Below are positions 9,833-20,607 of a DNA stretch of 54,588 nt, piece after piece. Made by a program: the position numbers and the translations under genes. Each line of letters opens with the position of its first letter. Position 1 is the stretch's first letter. This DNA comes from Trichomonas gallinae (Eukaryota), in contig MRSU01004254.1 in assembly GCA_008369845.1 (NCBI GenBank), positions 1 to 54,588 on the forward strand, given 5' to 3'. Under the pieces are notes generated by a model. That model ran no database searches, was not told the DNA's origin, and saw only the letters and a program-made list of their open reading frames with translations.

Positions 9833-10818
9833 TTAATAGGCCATCAAAATAAAGAATGTGTTTAAGATTGAGGTACTTGATTCTCCTTGATCATTTCTGT
9901 TATTGAATGTTTCGCAGAAATCAACAGCAAATTCTGTATAGTCAAAATATCGTAAAATTCTCATTTGTTGAGGTCTGCCTCCTTTACATAGTGCTGTAAT
10001 ATATAGATCGAGGCCTAATTCATCGCTGTTAAATACAGGTCTCTCTGTTGCAGGCATTGCTCCTGATATGGACTGAGCACGTGGATTGTTGATATACGAA
10101 TTTATAATCCTAGCAGCGCTTTTAAACGTAAATAAAAGATTATCTCTAGCAAAATTATCTTTTATCACACATGAATCAATTCGAGTATATCCATAAACTT
10201 CAACGATACCTGTGCTAGTACATTGAGTAATTATATTGCATTGATTTATTGTTATTTCATAAGTTGAAGTACAAGTTAATCCTTGATATGATCTTGCTGT
10301 ATTGTTTTGAAAGTTTGATTGCGTAATTTTTATGTCATCATTTGATTCCATTATTCGGCAAATCGAATTCGTATCATCATTACATTTCGTTATGTTGACA
10401 TTATGAACTTGTATTAGTCCACATGACTGTCTAAATATTCCTTGTCATCTATCTCCTATTGTTTCAGTAAAAGATGTTTGATGTATGTAATTTTTGTAAG
10501 TTGATCTTTTTGTAACGAAGTACAATTAACGCAGCAGCATTTATTTTGAACACATTGACCTTCTGAAGTAAAATATAAATTCCCAGCCCACTGATTATTC
10601 GCATTGCTTTGGAATAAAACTCGTTCGACAAGGAGCAATGTATTATCGGACTCTCTGTTTTCATAAACTAGAGGTCTTTTGTTAAATTCAGTAAAAGAAA
10701 CATCATGGACATAATGGTGTGCATTACCGATAAGATTAAATGGATTTTTATCTGGAACTACGTCAATATCATTAGTAACGTATTGATTCGGATAATATTC
10801 AGATCATTCTCGTTTCAT
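9833..10818 (-). pseudogene. Disrupted paralog of the 2490-3527 gene
   Basis: MKRE*SEYYPNQYVTND: TGA at 10804-10806 replaces the paralog's Trp. A frameshifting deletion near 10515 removes the GIHSDVY block. A second in-frame TGA lies at 10445-10447. The 3' part (ALCKGG..FCETF.NRN.QG..ILN..FILMA) is clearly homologous. Confidence 0.9.
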
Positions 10819-11409
10819 TCAGTATTTTATTGTGTGTATTTTCCTCTAGCAAAGTTTCATTTTTTTTTATAAATTGTGTGAATTTTCAATTGCGACTCTC
10901 TCTATGAAATTTAATTTCACAATACTTCGATACCTCAATATTTATATTGATTGGATAGTCATTTTTAATTAATATACCCTTGATAGGAACAATAACCAAT
11001 TGTCGTTATTTCAACTTCATGAATTGGTCAATCAAAATAAGCGAAAGCCATTCAAAATGAAGATTGATCATCAAATGCACTATAAACAACACATATTTTT
11101 AAAATATCTTTTGAATATTCAATAAATTTCAAACCATTTAACTAAAATATCCAACGTATTATCTATATTGAAACCATATTTGCTATATAATAGAGGAAAC
11201 AGTCACAATCTGATCAAAAACATTAATAATATTTAGTTTTTATTTAATATATTAATATGCTGAAAAATAACGGTTGTAACGTGTTATCTTGTGTCATGTA
11301 TGATTTAGTATCATTGTTAGTCATCATTCACGTCGAATTTTTTATGAATGAATATATATGATATGGAAACAACAAAAATAAGTTGATTATCATATATACG
11401 TAACAAAAT

Positions 11410-12795
11410 TTATTCTTCAGTTTCGGATGCTATGGCTGAAGTGATTGTTGAATTGTGCATAGAATATTCTTCTTCAACGATGGGCTTCGTGCTGTGAGAT
11501 TTAGTCTTCTTTTTGGTGGATCCTTTCTCCTTAGCTTCTTGTTGCAGATAAATAGAAAGAGCTGAGTTCCAATCTCGATTTCTCCGGACAACATCAGCAA
11601 ATTTGCGTTGGCCAAGCGCAACATATTGTTCTATCATCCTTCTGCATCTATTGGCCTGCTCACAAGCATACCTTTGCTGTGCAACTTTATCAGAAATGTA
11701 ATGACTCACTGGATAATTAGTATCTACTATTGTTTGTCCTGTAGCCTTAATTCCCAGGCTCTCAAGTTCAAGGCGAAGCCTCTTTTCGAAGTCTAATTGC
11801 CCGTAAGCGGAATTTCCGATTCGAGATCCAACAGGAAGACCGTTAAAAGAAGAACGGCTAAGATTGGCGAGCTTATTTTGCAGCAATTTAACTTTAGATT
11901 GATCTTCCGAATCTATTTTATCTGCTTCTTGATTAAATTCCGAATCACTCGTCATAGAGTTGGAATCTTCTTTATTGCCGGACACGTCTAATATTGCTGA
12001 TACTAGTCTATTATGTATATGATTGCCAGACCCGCTCAAGTTCGAAAATGGAGGAGTTGGCATTTTCAATTGGCTCTTTAGAGGATCATTTTGAAATGAT
12101 GCCATCTTCGAGAATGTTATCGAGTAGTGAGTACCCAGCGGTTCCTGTATTTTGTTAATATCGTATGTTGGGCGAGAAAGTTGTAAATATCTGTCGAAAT
12201 AGTTTGCTGTTTTGATTGGCTTGAAGAATCTGTTTGTAGTTTCCCATATTGTATCTGCTGTGAGTGGTTTTGGCTCGTCAGAGTGACGATTTTTGTCTTT
12301 GTGATGTGAATGATGCTTTGAATTCAATTTTTTTGTCTGTGGTTTGGTTGGTTGCTCTGTTTGCTCTTCAGTTTTGATTTCAGGAATAGGTCGAGTCGTA
12401 ACTTCGTTTTTTGGGAATCGAATTCGTCGAACTTCTCTCTCAACGAGGTTTTCTGTCTGAAAACTACTTATTATTTGACTTATTTCGAGGTATAAATTCG
12501 ATTGCACTGTATTTTGTTGTTCTATAAACGCTTTTAATAGAATCAATTCTGATCTGAGGCCATAAAGCTGCTCTAATGTAAACATTTCTGGATTGCAAAC
12601 GTCAGGAATTTCATTGTCTGAACAGTTTGACAGCTTTCCAAGGCCAGAAGACACGGCCGTGAATGGAAGCTTTAATAAATAAAGCAGCATTTGATTTTTA
12701 TTGACTTTAACATGACTAACATCAAGTATAGACTGCGAGCGACGTATTGGATGGCTGTGGTCTTCATCTTTCGATGAAGTTTCACCTTCGCCCAT
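11410..12795 (-). CDS. Ada3/Ngg1/TADA3-like subunit of the SAGA/ADA HAT module
   Basis: Ordered Ada3 blocks: DTIWETTNRFFKPI, EPLGTHYS, HNRLVSAILD, LDFEKRLRLELESLGI, then a coiled coil. Likely start AAAATG at 12795. Confidence 0.7.
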   Translation of the reverse strand: MGEGETSSKDEDHSHPIRRSQSILDVSHVKVNKNQMLLYLLKLPFTAVSSGLGKLSNCSDNEIPDVCNPEMFTLEQLYGLRSELILLKAFIEQQNTVQSNLYLEISQIISSFQTENLVEREVRRIRFPKNEVTTRPIPEIKTEEQTEQPTKPQTKKLNSKHHSHHKDKNRHSDEPKPLTADTIWETTNRFFKPIKTANYFDRYLQLSRPTYDINKIQEPLGTHYSITFSKMASFQNDPLKSQLKMPTPPFSNLSGSGNHIHNRLVSAILDVSGNKEDSNSMTSDSEFNQEADKIDSEDQSKVKLLQNKLANLSRSSFNGLPVGSRIGNSAYGQLDFEKRLRLELESLGIKATGQTIVDTNYPVSHYISDKVAQQRYACEQANRCRRMIEQYVALGQRKFADVVRRNRDWNSALSIYLQQEAKEKGSTKKKTKSHSTKPIVEEEYSMHNSTITSAIASETEE

Positions 12796-13405
12796 TTTCA
12801 AATCCTTAAACGGGGGCTTCTCCCCCTGCAATTTTTCCCGGGCTAAAAATACGTTTATTTTATTTTTATAACCATTTTGTTGATATATGAAAATACTGCA
12901 AAAATGCAGCTTATTTTTCAGCATTTCGTTGAATTTGGTTGTGATTTTTAAAATTTTTGGAAAAAATATCTTCATTTTTTGCACTTAATTGCTTTGTTTA
13001 ATATAGTAGAGTTCATACATACACGATTATCATTGTTTCTGCAACGATATTGAGTTTTTTTCGCCGCAAAAAGTAAAGTCAGTTTTCTCTTTGCTTCCTT
13101 ATTATTCTGTCACAATACATGCAATATAGAGTGGTTTAGTTACCACAGAAGCCTCGCATTGATATATAGTAATAAAATTCTAAAATTATTACACAATCTG
13201 CTCAACAAAGCAGGTTCTAATATAAGCATCCATTTCCAATCACTCATACTATGAATATCCTATCAGAGGTTGCTTTTTCGTAAAATACATAAAATATTTA
13301 TATAAAAATAGAACATTATACTGTCTTGTAATTAAACATTTTATATACAAACATTACAATTTGATTGCTAAAAAGCAACATCATGATCGATTAGTTAAAA
13401 AGATA

Positions 13406-14095
13406 TTATTCAACAGTTTTGGTTTCATCTATCTCGATCTGATGTCTCAGTATATTTAATGCATATGCTGAAGTAAGTCCAAGATCAATTGTAATCGAAT
13501 TATTACCTTTTTGAATATCATCATCAATATCTTTGATTAATGTGGCGTACTTCTGGACTGCTTTATCAGAAGTGCAGTGTATTAAGTATTTGTAAAAGTC
13601 TGAAATAATTTCATCATCGAAATATGGCTCATCTTCGACTTCACATGGCTTAGCGCGAACTGCGAAGTTATCAATAGAGTTCATGACGATAAATTGTTTC
13701 TTTGAATCAGGAGAATTGACAATTGATTCTTGAATATGTTTGTAGAGTGCATTAAAGTCAAAAGATGAATCAAGTTTTCTTGGTATATTGAATAAATTTC
13801 TCTTTTCAGCTGCTTCTTCGAAGATCTGAAAAACTGTTGATATTGTTAATCCAATTTTCGTGTTTTTTCCATAGTATTTAATAGATTCGGACGTAATTTT
13901 TCTCATATCTTGATAAAAATCGATAACATTTTTATATTTGTTCTTTGAAAGCTGCTCTGTTATTACATCTATTGATTTGACGTTTCTGTTTATTGAAGCT
14001 AGTTTGTTCATAGGCTCAAATGCATGTTTACCCAAAGGACTGTTCTTAACTTCATCAAGACAAGATAAACAAGCATTTCTGACTGTGAAATCCAT
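13406..14095 (-). CDS. Divergent bromodomain protein with an ET/NET-like C-terminus
   Basis: CLSCLDEV..AFEPM..SIDVITEQLSKNKY..FYQDMRKITSESIKYYG has the bromodomain pattern; ITIDLGLTSAYALNIL resembles the end of an ET domain. First ATG at 14095. Confidence 0.7.
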   Translation of the reverse strand: MDFTVRNACLSCLDEVKNSPLGKHAFEPMNKLASINRNVKSIDVITEQLSKNKYKNVIDFYQDMRKITSESIKYYGKNTKIGLTISTVFQIFEEAAEKRNLFNIPRKLDSSFDFNALYKHIQESIVNSPDSKKQFIVMNSIDNFAVRAKPCEVEDEPYFDDEIISDFYKYLIHCTSDKAVQKYATLIKDIDDDIQKGNNSITIDLGLTSAYALNILRHQIEIDETKTVE

Positions 14096-14293
14096 AATAA
14101 TGATTTTATCTGTCAAATAAATTCATTTACATGGCAAATATAGTTGATTAACTGTCAAACAATTACTTTACACGACATATTTTAAAAATTTTATATTTTG
14201 ACAAATAATTATTATTACATGACAAATGCAAATCGTTTATTGTCAAATAAATATTTTACATGACATATTATGATATTTTTTTGTATCGAAATA

Positions 14294-14776
14294 ATGAATG
14301 TTAATCAAACTTTAAATAGCAGCGATTTTCAAGCTCTAACACCAGAAGAAAACAATCTACGTAGGAAGCTAGAAGCTATGGATGCTGATGAAAGAGAAAA
14401 TGCGATTTTATCTCGACTTGTCATTCTCAAACAAGTTGCTGAAACAATTACAGATCAAAATTCAGTTGGTGAGCCAAATATACCTCAAATTATAGAAAAT
14501 AGAGACAAAAGTAAAGAGCGCGATATTCAATTTCCAGCAAAAGCTAAATCATTCGTTGCAAACTTAGTTATAGGATTACAAGAGTTGTTTTTCAACCAAT
14601 ATTCTGCGTATAAGATCATATGCGAGCTACATTCAACCGGTGGCGATATTTTTAAAACTATGGAGAACATAGTTAAAGGGGATCTCAAATTTAATGTTAA
14701 TTTGCTATCATCTGACAAACTGCAACTACCGCAAGAAGTTTTAGATAAATATTTCGATATCGTGAAAGCTGCATAG
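14294..14776 (+). CDS. Hypothetical protein (160 aa); weak Rap1-C/UBA-like helical C-terminus
   Basis: Open frame with coding-like composition. KIICELHSTGGDIFKT resembles the RCT 'ALxxTSGD' turn. Alternative ATG at 14270. Confidence 0.6.
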   Translation: MNVNQTLNSSDFQALTPEENNLRRKLEAMDADERENAILSRLVILKQVAETITDQNSVGEPNIPQIIENRDKSKERDIQFPAKAKSFVANLVIGLQELFFNQYSAYKIICELHSTGGDIFKTMENIVKGDLKFNVNLLSSDKLQLPQEVLDKYFDIVKAA

Positions 14777-15293
14777 ATTGATTCTAATGTGTTTTTATTA
14801 TGTATAAGTAATAAATATGTTGTTTATGTTATTTACAAACCAATAAATAGATTTAAAAACATTTTTCATGTTTTTTGCTGATTTAAAACATTTCTATTCT
14901 ATATTATGAATATATTCGTTTAGATTTAACTAATTTGAAAGCTTCGTTTTAAATTCTAGACAATTTTGAACATGAAATCAAAATATTCCAAAAATCATCT
15001 ATATATCTGTTTTATTTATCTCTTTATGATATAAAATGGCATCATTTATGATCTAATGTCCATAACAATAACTTGTTCTAAGAATATTGAATAATATTGA
15101 TATAACATGTGATATCAACGCAGTGCACGCTCACAGCTTTCTATTTTGCTTTGCCTTATTCATATATAGTTCAAAATCATGAATAATAACATTTTTTCTA
15201 ATTTTTCAAATAAGGTTAATTTTGTCACTTTTCATTCATTGCTTGGTATCTACCCTATACACTTATTATCCAATATAATAGTGTCATAATACA

Positions 15294-16343
15294 ATGACAG
15301 ATCTATCAGATTGGATAATTAACTTTACTGATGGAGTTATTTATTCAATTCGTAAAGATCTTACCGGAATTCTTAATATCACCGAAACTTTTAAAGGAAA
15401 AACAATTACTAGAATAGGCAATCATGCATGCAGCGGAGGCATGGTCAATATTGTTGATATTTCAAGAACAAAAATTGCCCTAATAAAAGGAAATGCTTTC
15501 GCTAATTGCAATAGCTTGACTAAAGTCTATTTTCCCAACAGTCAAATTATACTTGAAGGAAATTCATTTATAAGATCAGGATTATTAGAATTATTTATTC
15601 CAGAGTTAATGACAAACATTACTGGTGCACCATTCAATCAGTGCCCGAATTTGAAGAATTTGGCAGTTGACGAAAATAACAAAAATTTGGTTTCGAAAAA
15701 TAATTGCATTTTTAGTAAAAATTTTGACGAACTCATAAAAATAGGTAACTTTGTCACAGAGATTCCAAATGTTGAGTTAATCCAGAAGATAGGAACATTT
15801 TCGATGGCTGGATCTAAATCATTGAAGAGATTTGAAGCAACAAAGAATTTATCTGTCATCGAAACATTTGGAATTCATGCAGCATTTGGACTTGAAATCT
15901 TAAATCTCTCTCTTAGTACAGAGACTACGATTCTGAATGGAGTTTTTCATGGCTTATTCAAATTAAAAACTCTCATTCTGCCGCCAAACACAAAAATAAT
16001 CAAAAAAGGATCATTTACTCTCAACAATATCAGAGCCTTAGCTATTCCTGATTCAGTAACAACAATAGAAAAAGAAACTTTCATTGAATGCCCATATTTA
16101 CAGATCATTTCATACTTCGGTTGCAGTGACTTGTCAATGAGCGGAATCATTGTCTCATCTAGTTGTCCACGCATCAAAGAAATCCGCGTCACTTTCAAAT
16201 ATCCATCATCACATTTCTCTAATTATCCCGTTGTTTTTACAGCATTAGATTACGGAATTTTATTAATTTACAAGTGTCCAACATTTCCCATTTGTTCATG
16301 TAATTATCGATATCTCATCACTGCAGTCATAGTAATACTTTAA
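15294..16343 (+). CDS. BspA-like TpLRR (LRR_5) protein, copy 1
   Basis: Repeats such as IKGNAFANCNSLTKVYFP and IPDSVTTIEKETFIECPYL; C-terminal Cys pair plus hydrophobic tail. Confidence 0.92.
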   Translation: MTDLSDWIINFTDGVIYSIRKDLTGILNITETFKGKTITRIGNHACSGGMVNIVDISRTKIALIKGNAFANCNSLTKVYFPNSQIILEGNSFIRSGLLELFIPELMTNITGAPFNQCPNLKNLAVDENNKNLVSKNNCIFSKNFDELIKIGNFVTEIPNVELIQKIGTFSMAGSKSLKRFEATKNLSVIETFGIHAAFGLEILNLSLSTETTILNGVFHGLFKLKTLILPPNTKIIKKGSFTLNNIRALAIPDSVTTIEKETFIECPYLQIISYFGCSDLSMSGIIVSSSCPRIKEIRVTFKYPSSHFSNYPVVFTALDYGILLIYKCPTFPICSCNYRYLITAVIVIL

Positions 16344-16442
16344 AACGTCTCAATAAAAATAAAATTCTGATGTAAGGGTGTCACTTTTTATTTTTTATTA
16401 ATGCAAATTGAAACATTTTCAATGAAAAGATGATATAAGATT

Positions 16443-17492
16443 ATGAGCGAAGCATCCGATTGGATCGAGAAGTACAGCAATGGAATAATTGAAGTCTTGA
16501 ACAAAAATCATCCAGGAATTTTAAATCTAACAGAAATTTACGAAGGCTCTACAATTACGAAAATAGCTAATAGCGCATGCTCAGGAGGTATAGTTGAGAT
16601 TGTTGATATCTCTCGAACGAAAATTTCGTTTATTGGAAGGGGTGCTTTTGGAGATTGTAAAAATTTGGCGAAAATTTATTTTCCTAACTCAAATATACAG
16701 CTAGATGATAATTCATTCTTGAGAGCCGGATTATTAGAATTATTTATTCCAGAATTGATGATCGAATTGTCAGGCTATCCATTCAATCAATGCCCAAATT
16801 TGCAATATTTGACAGTTGACGAAAACAACAAAAACTTAATTTCTGAAAACAACTGTATCTTTAGTAAGAATTTTGACAAACTCATTAAAATCGGAGTTTT
16901 TGTCACCGATATTCCAAACTTTGAAATGATTCAGACAGTTGGCAATTTTGCATTTACTAGTACAAGATTTTTTAGTAAATTTGAAGCGACAAAAAATCTT
17001 TCTGTTATTGAAAGCTACGGATTTCATGCAGCATTCGGATTACAAATCTTGAATCTTTCTCTAAGCACGGCAACAATAATTGAAACAGGTACTTTATCTG
17101 GCCTGTCTGCTATTAGAAGCATTTATCTTCCTCACAACACAAAAATCATTAGAAATTTATCGATCAGCGGCAACATTATCAGAGCTTTAGCTCTTCCTGA
17201 TTCAGTAACAACAATAGAAAAAGGAACATTTTATAGCTGTCCAAATTTACAGATCATTTCATACTTCGGTGGCAGTGACTTGTCAATGAGCGGAATCATT
17301 GTCTCATCTAGTTGTCCACGCATCAAAGAAATCCGCGTCACATTCAAATACCCATCATCACTTTTCTCTAATTATCCTGTTGTTTTTACAGCATTAGATT
17401 ATGGAATTTTATTAATTTACAAATGTCCAACATTTCCTATTTGTCTTCATGACTATCGATATTTGATCACTGCAGTCATAATCATGCTATAA
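16443..17492 (+). CDS. BspA-like TpLRR protein, copy 2 (tandem paralog of the same length)
   Basis: Colinear with copy 1 at a 1149-bp offset; IGRGAFGDCKNLAKIYFP, LPDSVTTIEKGTFYSCPNL. Confidence 0.92.
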   Translation: MSEASDWIEKYSNGIIEVLNKNHPGILNLTEIYEGSTITKIANSACSGGIVEIVDISRTKISFIGRGAFGDCKNLAKIYFPNSNIQLDDNSFLRAGLLELFIPELMIELSGYPFNQCPNLQYLTVDENNKNLISENNCIFSKNFDKLIKIGVFVTDIPNFEMIQTVGNFAFTSTRFFSKFEATKNLSVIESYGFHAAFGLQILNLSLSTATIIETGTLSGLSAIRSIYLPHNTKIIRNLSISGNIIRALALPDSVTTIEKGTFYSCPNLQIISYFGGSDLSMSGIIVSSSCPRIKEIRVTFKYPSSLFSNYPVVFTALDYGILLIYKCPTFPICLHDYRYLITAVIIML

Positions 17493-17497
17493 CATTA

Positions 17498-17650
17498 ACA
17501 TTCAAATACCCAACATCACTTTTCTCTAATTATCCTCTTGTGTTTACAGCATTAGATTATGGATTTGTTTCAACTATTGAATGTTCAACATTACAAGTCT
17601 GTAGTAATAATATTCGAATTTTCATCATCGGAATCATGATATTGATATAA
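17498..17650 (+). pseudogene. Orphan 3' remnant of a third BspA copy
   Basis: TFKYPTSLFSNYPLVFTALDYG, then a +1 frameshift, then LFSTIECSTLQVCSNNIRIFIIGIMILI*. Begins 5 nt after the copy 2 stop. Confidence 0.85.
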
Positions 17651-17861
17651 ATCTCAGAAATAATTAATATAAGTTGAGAGGTCATATATTTATCATATGA
17701 TATGTTTATTTGTTGAATTATATCTCATTTTTTGCAAAGATATTTTTTTGAGAAATGAAAATTTATAATAGTTAATGAATTTGGGATGAAAGAATGAATA
17801 ATGTGTTGCTGAAAGAATAATCATACATGATTGTTTTATTAAATACATATTAATAGAAAAA

Positions 17862-18827
17862 TTAATGTGGGCTGAGTGTTCCAGAAGGAGTTGTGATTCC
17901 AGTGCTTGCTCCACTTCGAGATGTAGAACCTCTTGAGCGACTTTGTTTGGATCCAGGCGTGTTTCTTTTAGATTTAGAAGATGGCGTGGATTTTTGTGAG
18001 TATCTGGCTGAAGAAGAAGGTGGATATGAAGGTGTTGTAGCTCCACTCTCTAATGCCATGACCGTATCGTTAATTTTTACGTTTAATTGATAAATTAAAT
18101 CTTCTTTCGTCTGATCGTCTGTTAATAGAGTCATGCATTTGATCCTGGCGCGCTCACGAATGAGTTCTAAGCCACTCTGATATCTCTGTTCTGCTTCTTC
18201 TTGTCTTGTTGCAATATCGTTATTTAAAATTTCCATTTGTTCATCGAATTTTGCTTCTATTCTCTCCATCTCTTCCTGCTGTTTAGTAGCATGAATTGAT
18301 CTAGATTGCTCAAATTCGTTATCTACCCTTTCTTTTCTTGCTGCTAAAGTGCTTTCGCCAATTGTCCTTGCTTCAGCCATCAATCGCTTTGCTTCGGCGT
18401 AGTTACCCTGAGAGGCCATGTTTTTTGCCTCTTCGAGCTTCTCAATTTGTTCTGGAACTTCAGATTCGGCTTCTCTTAACAATGCGGTTGCGTGGGCCTT
18501 GTCAATACTCTTATTTTCGTTCTCGAACTGCCTTTGCGATGCATCTACCTCTTGTTCGTATTTAGCTTTTAATAAATATTCTTGTTTCTTCTGGAAAACT
18601 TCGATATCGTTCTTCACTTGCACATAATTCGTGTAGTTCTTGTTGACATCGCTAATTATCTCTTGGTGGATTTTCTCTATTCTGTCTGTCAAAATAAATT
18701 TATTTGTTTCTTCGATTTGTTTGTCAATTTCTTCAGCAGCATCGAAATCCAATGCTTGGATGGCTTGTTTCTTCTTCATTCTCAAGTCTGTTAATTTATC
18801 ATTAGCAACAGATGATGCAACAGACAT
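17862..18827 (-). CDS. Coiled-coil protein with a UVR-like N-terminal hairpin and a Ser/Arg-rich tail
   Basis: KKKQAIQALDFDAAEEI; long E/K/Q-rich helix; Inr-like TCACT then AAAATG. Confidence 0.85.
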   Translation of the reverse strand: MSVASSVANDKLTDLRMKKKQAIQALDFDAAEEIDKQIEETNKFILTDRIEKIHQEIISDVNKNYTNYVQVKNDIEVFQKKQEYLLKAKYEQEVDASQRQFENENKSIDKAHATALLREAESEVPEQIEKLEEAKNMASQGNYAEAKRLMAEARTIGESTLAARKERVDNEFEQSRSIHATKQQEEMERIEAKFDEQMEILNNDIATRQEEAEQRYQSGLELIRERARIKCMTLLTDDQTKEDLIYQLNVKINDTVMALESGATTPSYPPSSSARYSQKSTPSSKSKRNTPGSKQSRSRGSTSRSGASTGITTPSGTLSPH

Positions 18828-18905
18828 TTTGAAAAGTGACGAACCTTAATTTGTAAACAAATAAACCTTATTTTGTAAAGTTTTGTAAAGTATAGAACCT
18901 TATAT

Positions 18906-18966
18906 TGTAAAGTTCTGAAAATTCTTATGTAAAGTTCTGAAAATTCTTATGTAAAGTTCTGAAAAT
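18906..18966. repeat. 22-bp tandem repeat TGTAAAGTTCTGAAAATTCTTA, ~2.8 copies
   Basis: Units start at 18906, 18928 and 18950; further TGTAAAG and AACCTTA copies lie at 18840-18900. Confidence 0.92.
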
Positions 18967-19032
18967 CTAACCTTATCATAAAAACTGACAAATTTACATC
19001 AAGTTTTTTTATTTCTTAGATTATTCAGTTAA

Positions 19033-20607
19033 AACATTTCGGTAACATCAGATGGTGATGCCATTACTAAAATTAGTAGTACAACAGATGATGTTGTTAC
19101 AATATCTGCATCGATTACTCAAATTAATTCGAATTGTTCACAATTTCAAAGGGGATATATCACTTTTGAACCAAATAGTCAACTAACAATATTACAGCCA
19201 GATGCATTCCGTCTTTCTGCTTTCTTAGAATTTGATTTTACGAATTGTTTGAAAATTGAATATTTACCTTTATTTTGTTTTCGCGATAATTACGCTGTTT
19301 ATTCGATAAAATTTGCTTCTGACTCTAAAATAGCATATTTTGACCAAGGTGCTTTTTGCCATTGTTACAAATTACAAAATTTCACTTTTCCTTCAAATTG
19401 CGTGAAAGTTTATGATTGTGCAATGGACTATGGAGCAGTTTTTGACTCATGCCAAGAAATGAGTTCTGTTATATTCCCAGAGGACAGCAAGATAGAATAT
19501 ATTGGAGAATTGGCTTTCTTTAATTGCATCAGTTTAACGAAACTTATTTTACCGAAGACGATTAACTATATAGGCTACAGTATATTTTTCTTGACAACGA
19601 ACTACAAACAGATAACGCTTTTTTCAAGCGATGTGATAATAAAACCGAACGCATTCAATCAAACAGAATTCACAAATCAGACCAAAATCTTTGTAGTTTC
19701 GGAACATATCAGAAATAGAGTTTTATCATCTACTCCTCTTTTAAATCCATTCAATGTAATTATAATGAATAATTACTGCACAGACTACCAACCAAGTTAC
19801 AAGCTAAACATTACAGATAATGTATTGTATAGTATAAAATACATTTGCGATGATGTTATAACTATTCCTGCTTCTGTAGTTAAAATAAGCTCGAATTGCG
19901 TTGTCGAACAAAATGGAAAAATTATTTTCGAAGAAAACAGCCAATTGCAGGTTTTGGAAAGGGAAGCTTTTAGAAATTCATACATATCATCATTTGATTT
20001 CACTAACTGCTTGCAACTGCAGAGCATTTCAGTTTGGTGCTTCAGATATTCGAAGTATATGAAATCGCTAATTTTCCCTAATAATGGAAACATTCAATAT
20101 TTCGATCAAGGCGCACTTGCTGAATGTGAAGCCTTGCCATCAATAGCATTTCCAGACACTTTGTTAAAGACTGCTGACAGTGCAATGTCATATGGAGCTG
20201 TTTTCCACAAATGCTCGAATTTAGTTTCAGTTTTCTTTTCAGCGAATTCCAAGCTTGAATATCTTGGTGCTTTGACATTTTACATGTGCGACAATCTTAA
20301 CCACATCATTCTTCCTGCATCGTTAAAAACTATTAATCGCGCTATCTTCGATCAATGTATCTTGTATCGTGAAATTACAATATTATCAGAGAGCTGTACT
20401 TTTGCAAATAATGCTTTTGTGCAAAAATCACTGACAGACAAGATAAAGTTTTATGTAAGGAATCAAATAATGCTTGACAATCTTGCTAAGTCTACAAGCA
20501 CAATAAGCAAGAATAATATCATCATACTGAGCAAGCCGCTATCATGCGATTGCTCGGTTTATTCACGTTTGATTTCATTTCCGATCTATGTATTTATTTT
20601 ATTGTAA
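19033..20607 (+). pseudogene. Two-module BspA-like LRR gene lacking its start (5'-disrupted)
   Basis: The frame is open from 19033 (NISVTSDGDAITKISSTTDDVVTISAS..FEPNSQL..FDFTNCL) and homologous to the second module (DDVITIPAS..FEENSQL..FDFTNCL). TAA at 19030-19032; first ATG only at 19423. Confidence 0.75.

Noticed and set aside
10445..10806. TGA=Trp recoding suggested by TGA at a conserved Trp
   Set aside because: The same locus has a frameshift, other genes use TGG for Trp, and TGA ends intact genes (2490, 23625, 25743, 38277).
18906..18966. CRISPR-like array (also considered for 5361-5628 and 40777-41178)
   Set aside because: Head-to-tail repeats without unique spacers, no cas genes, eukaryotic context.
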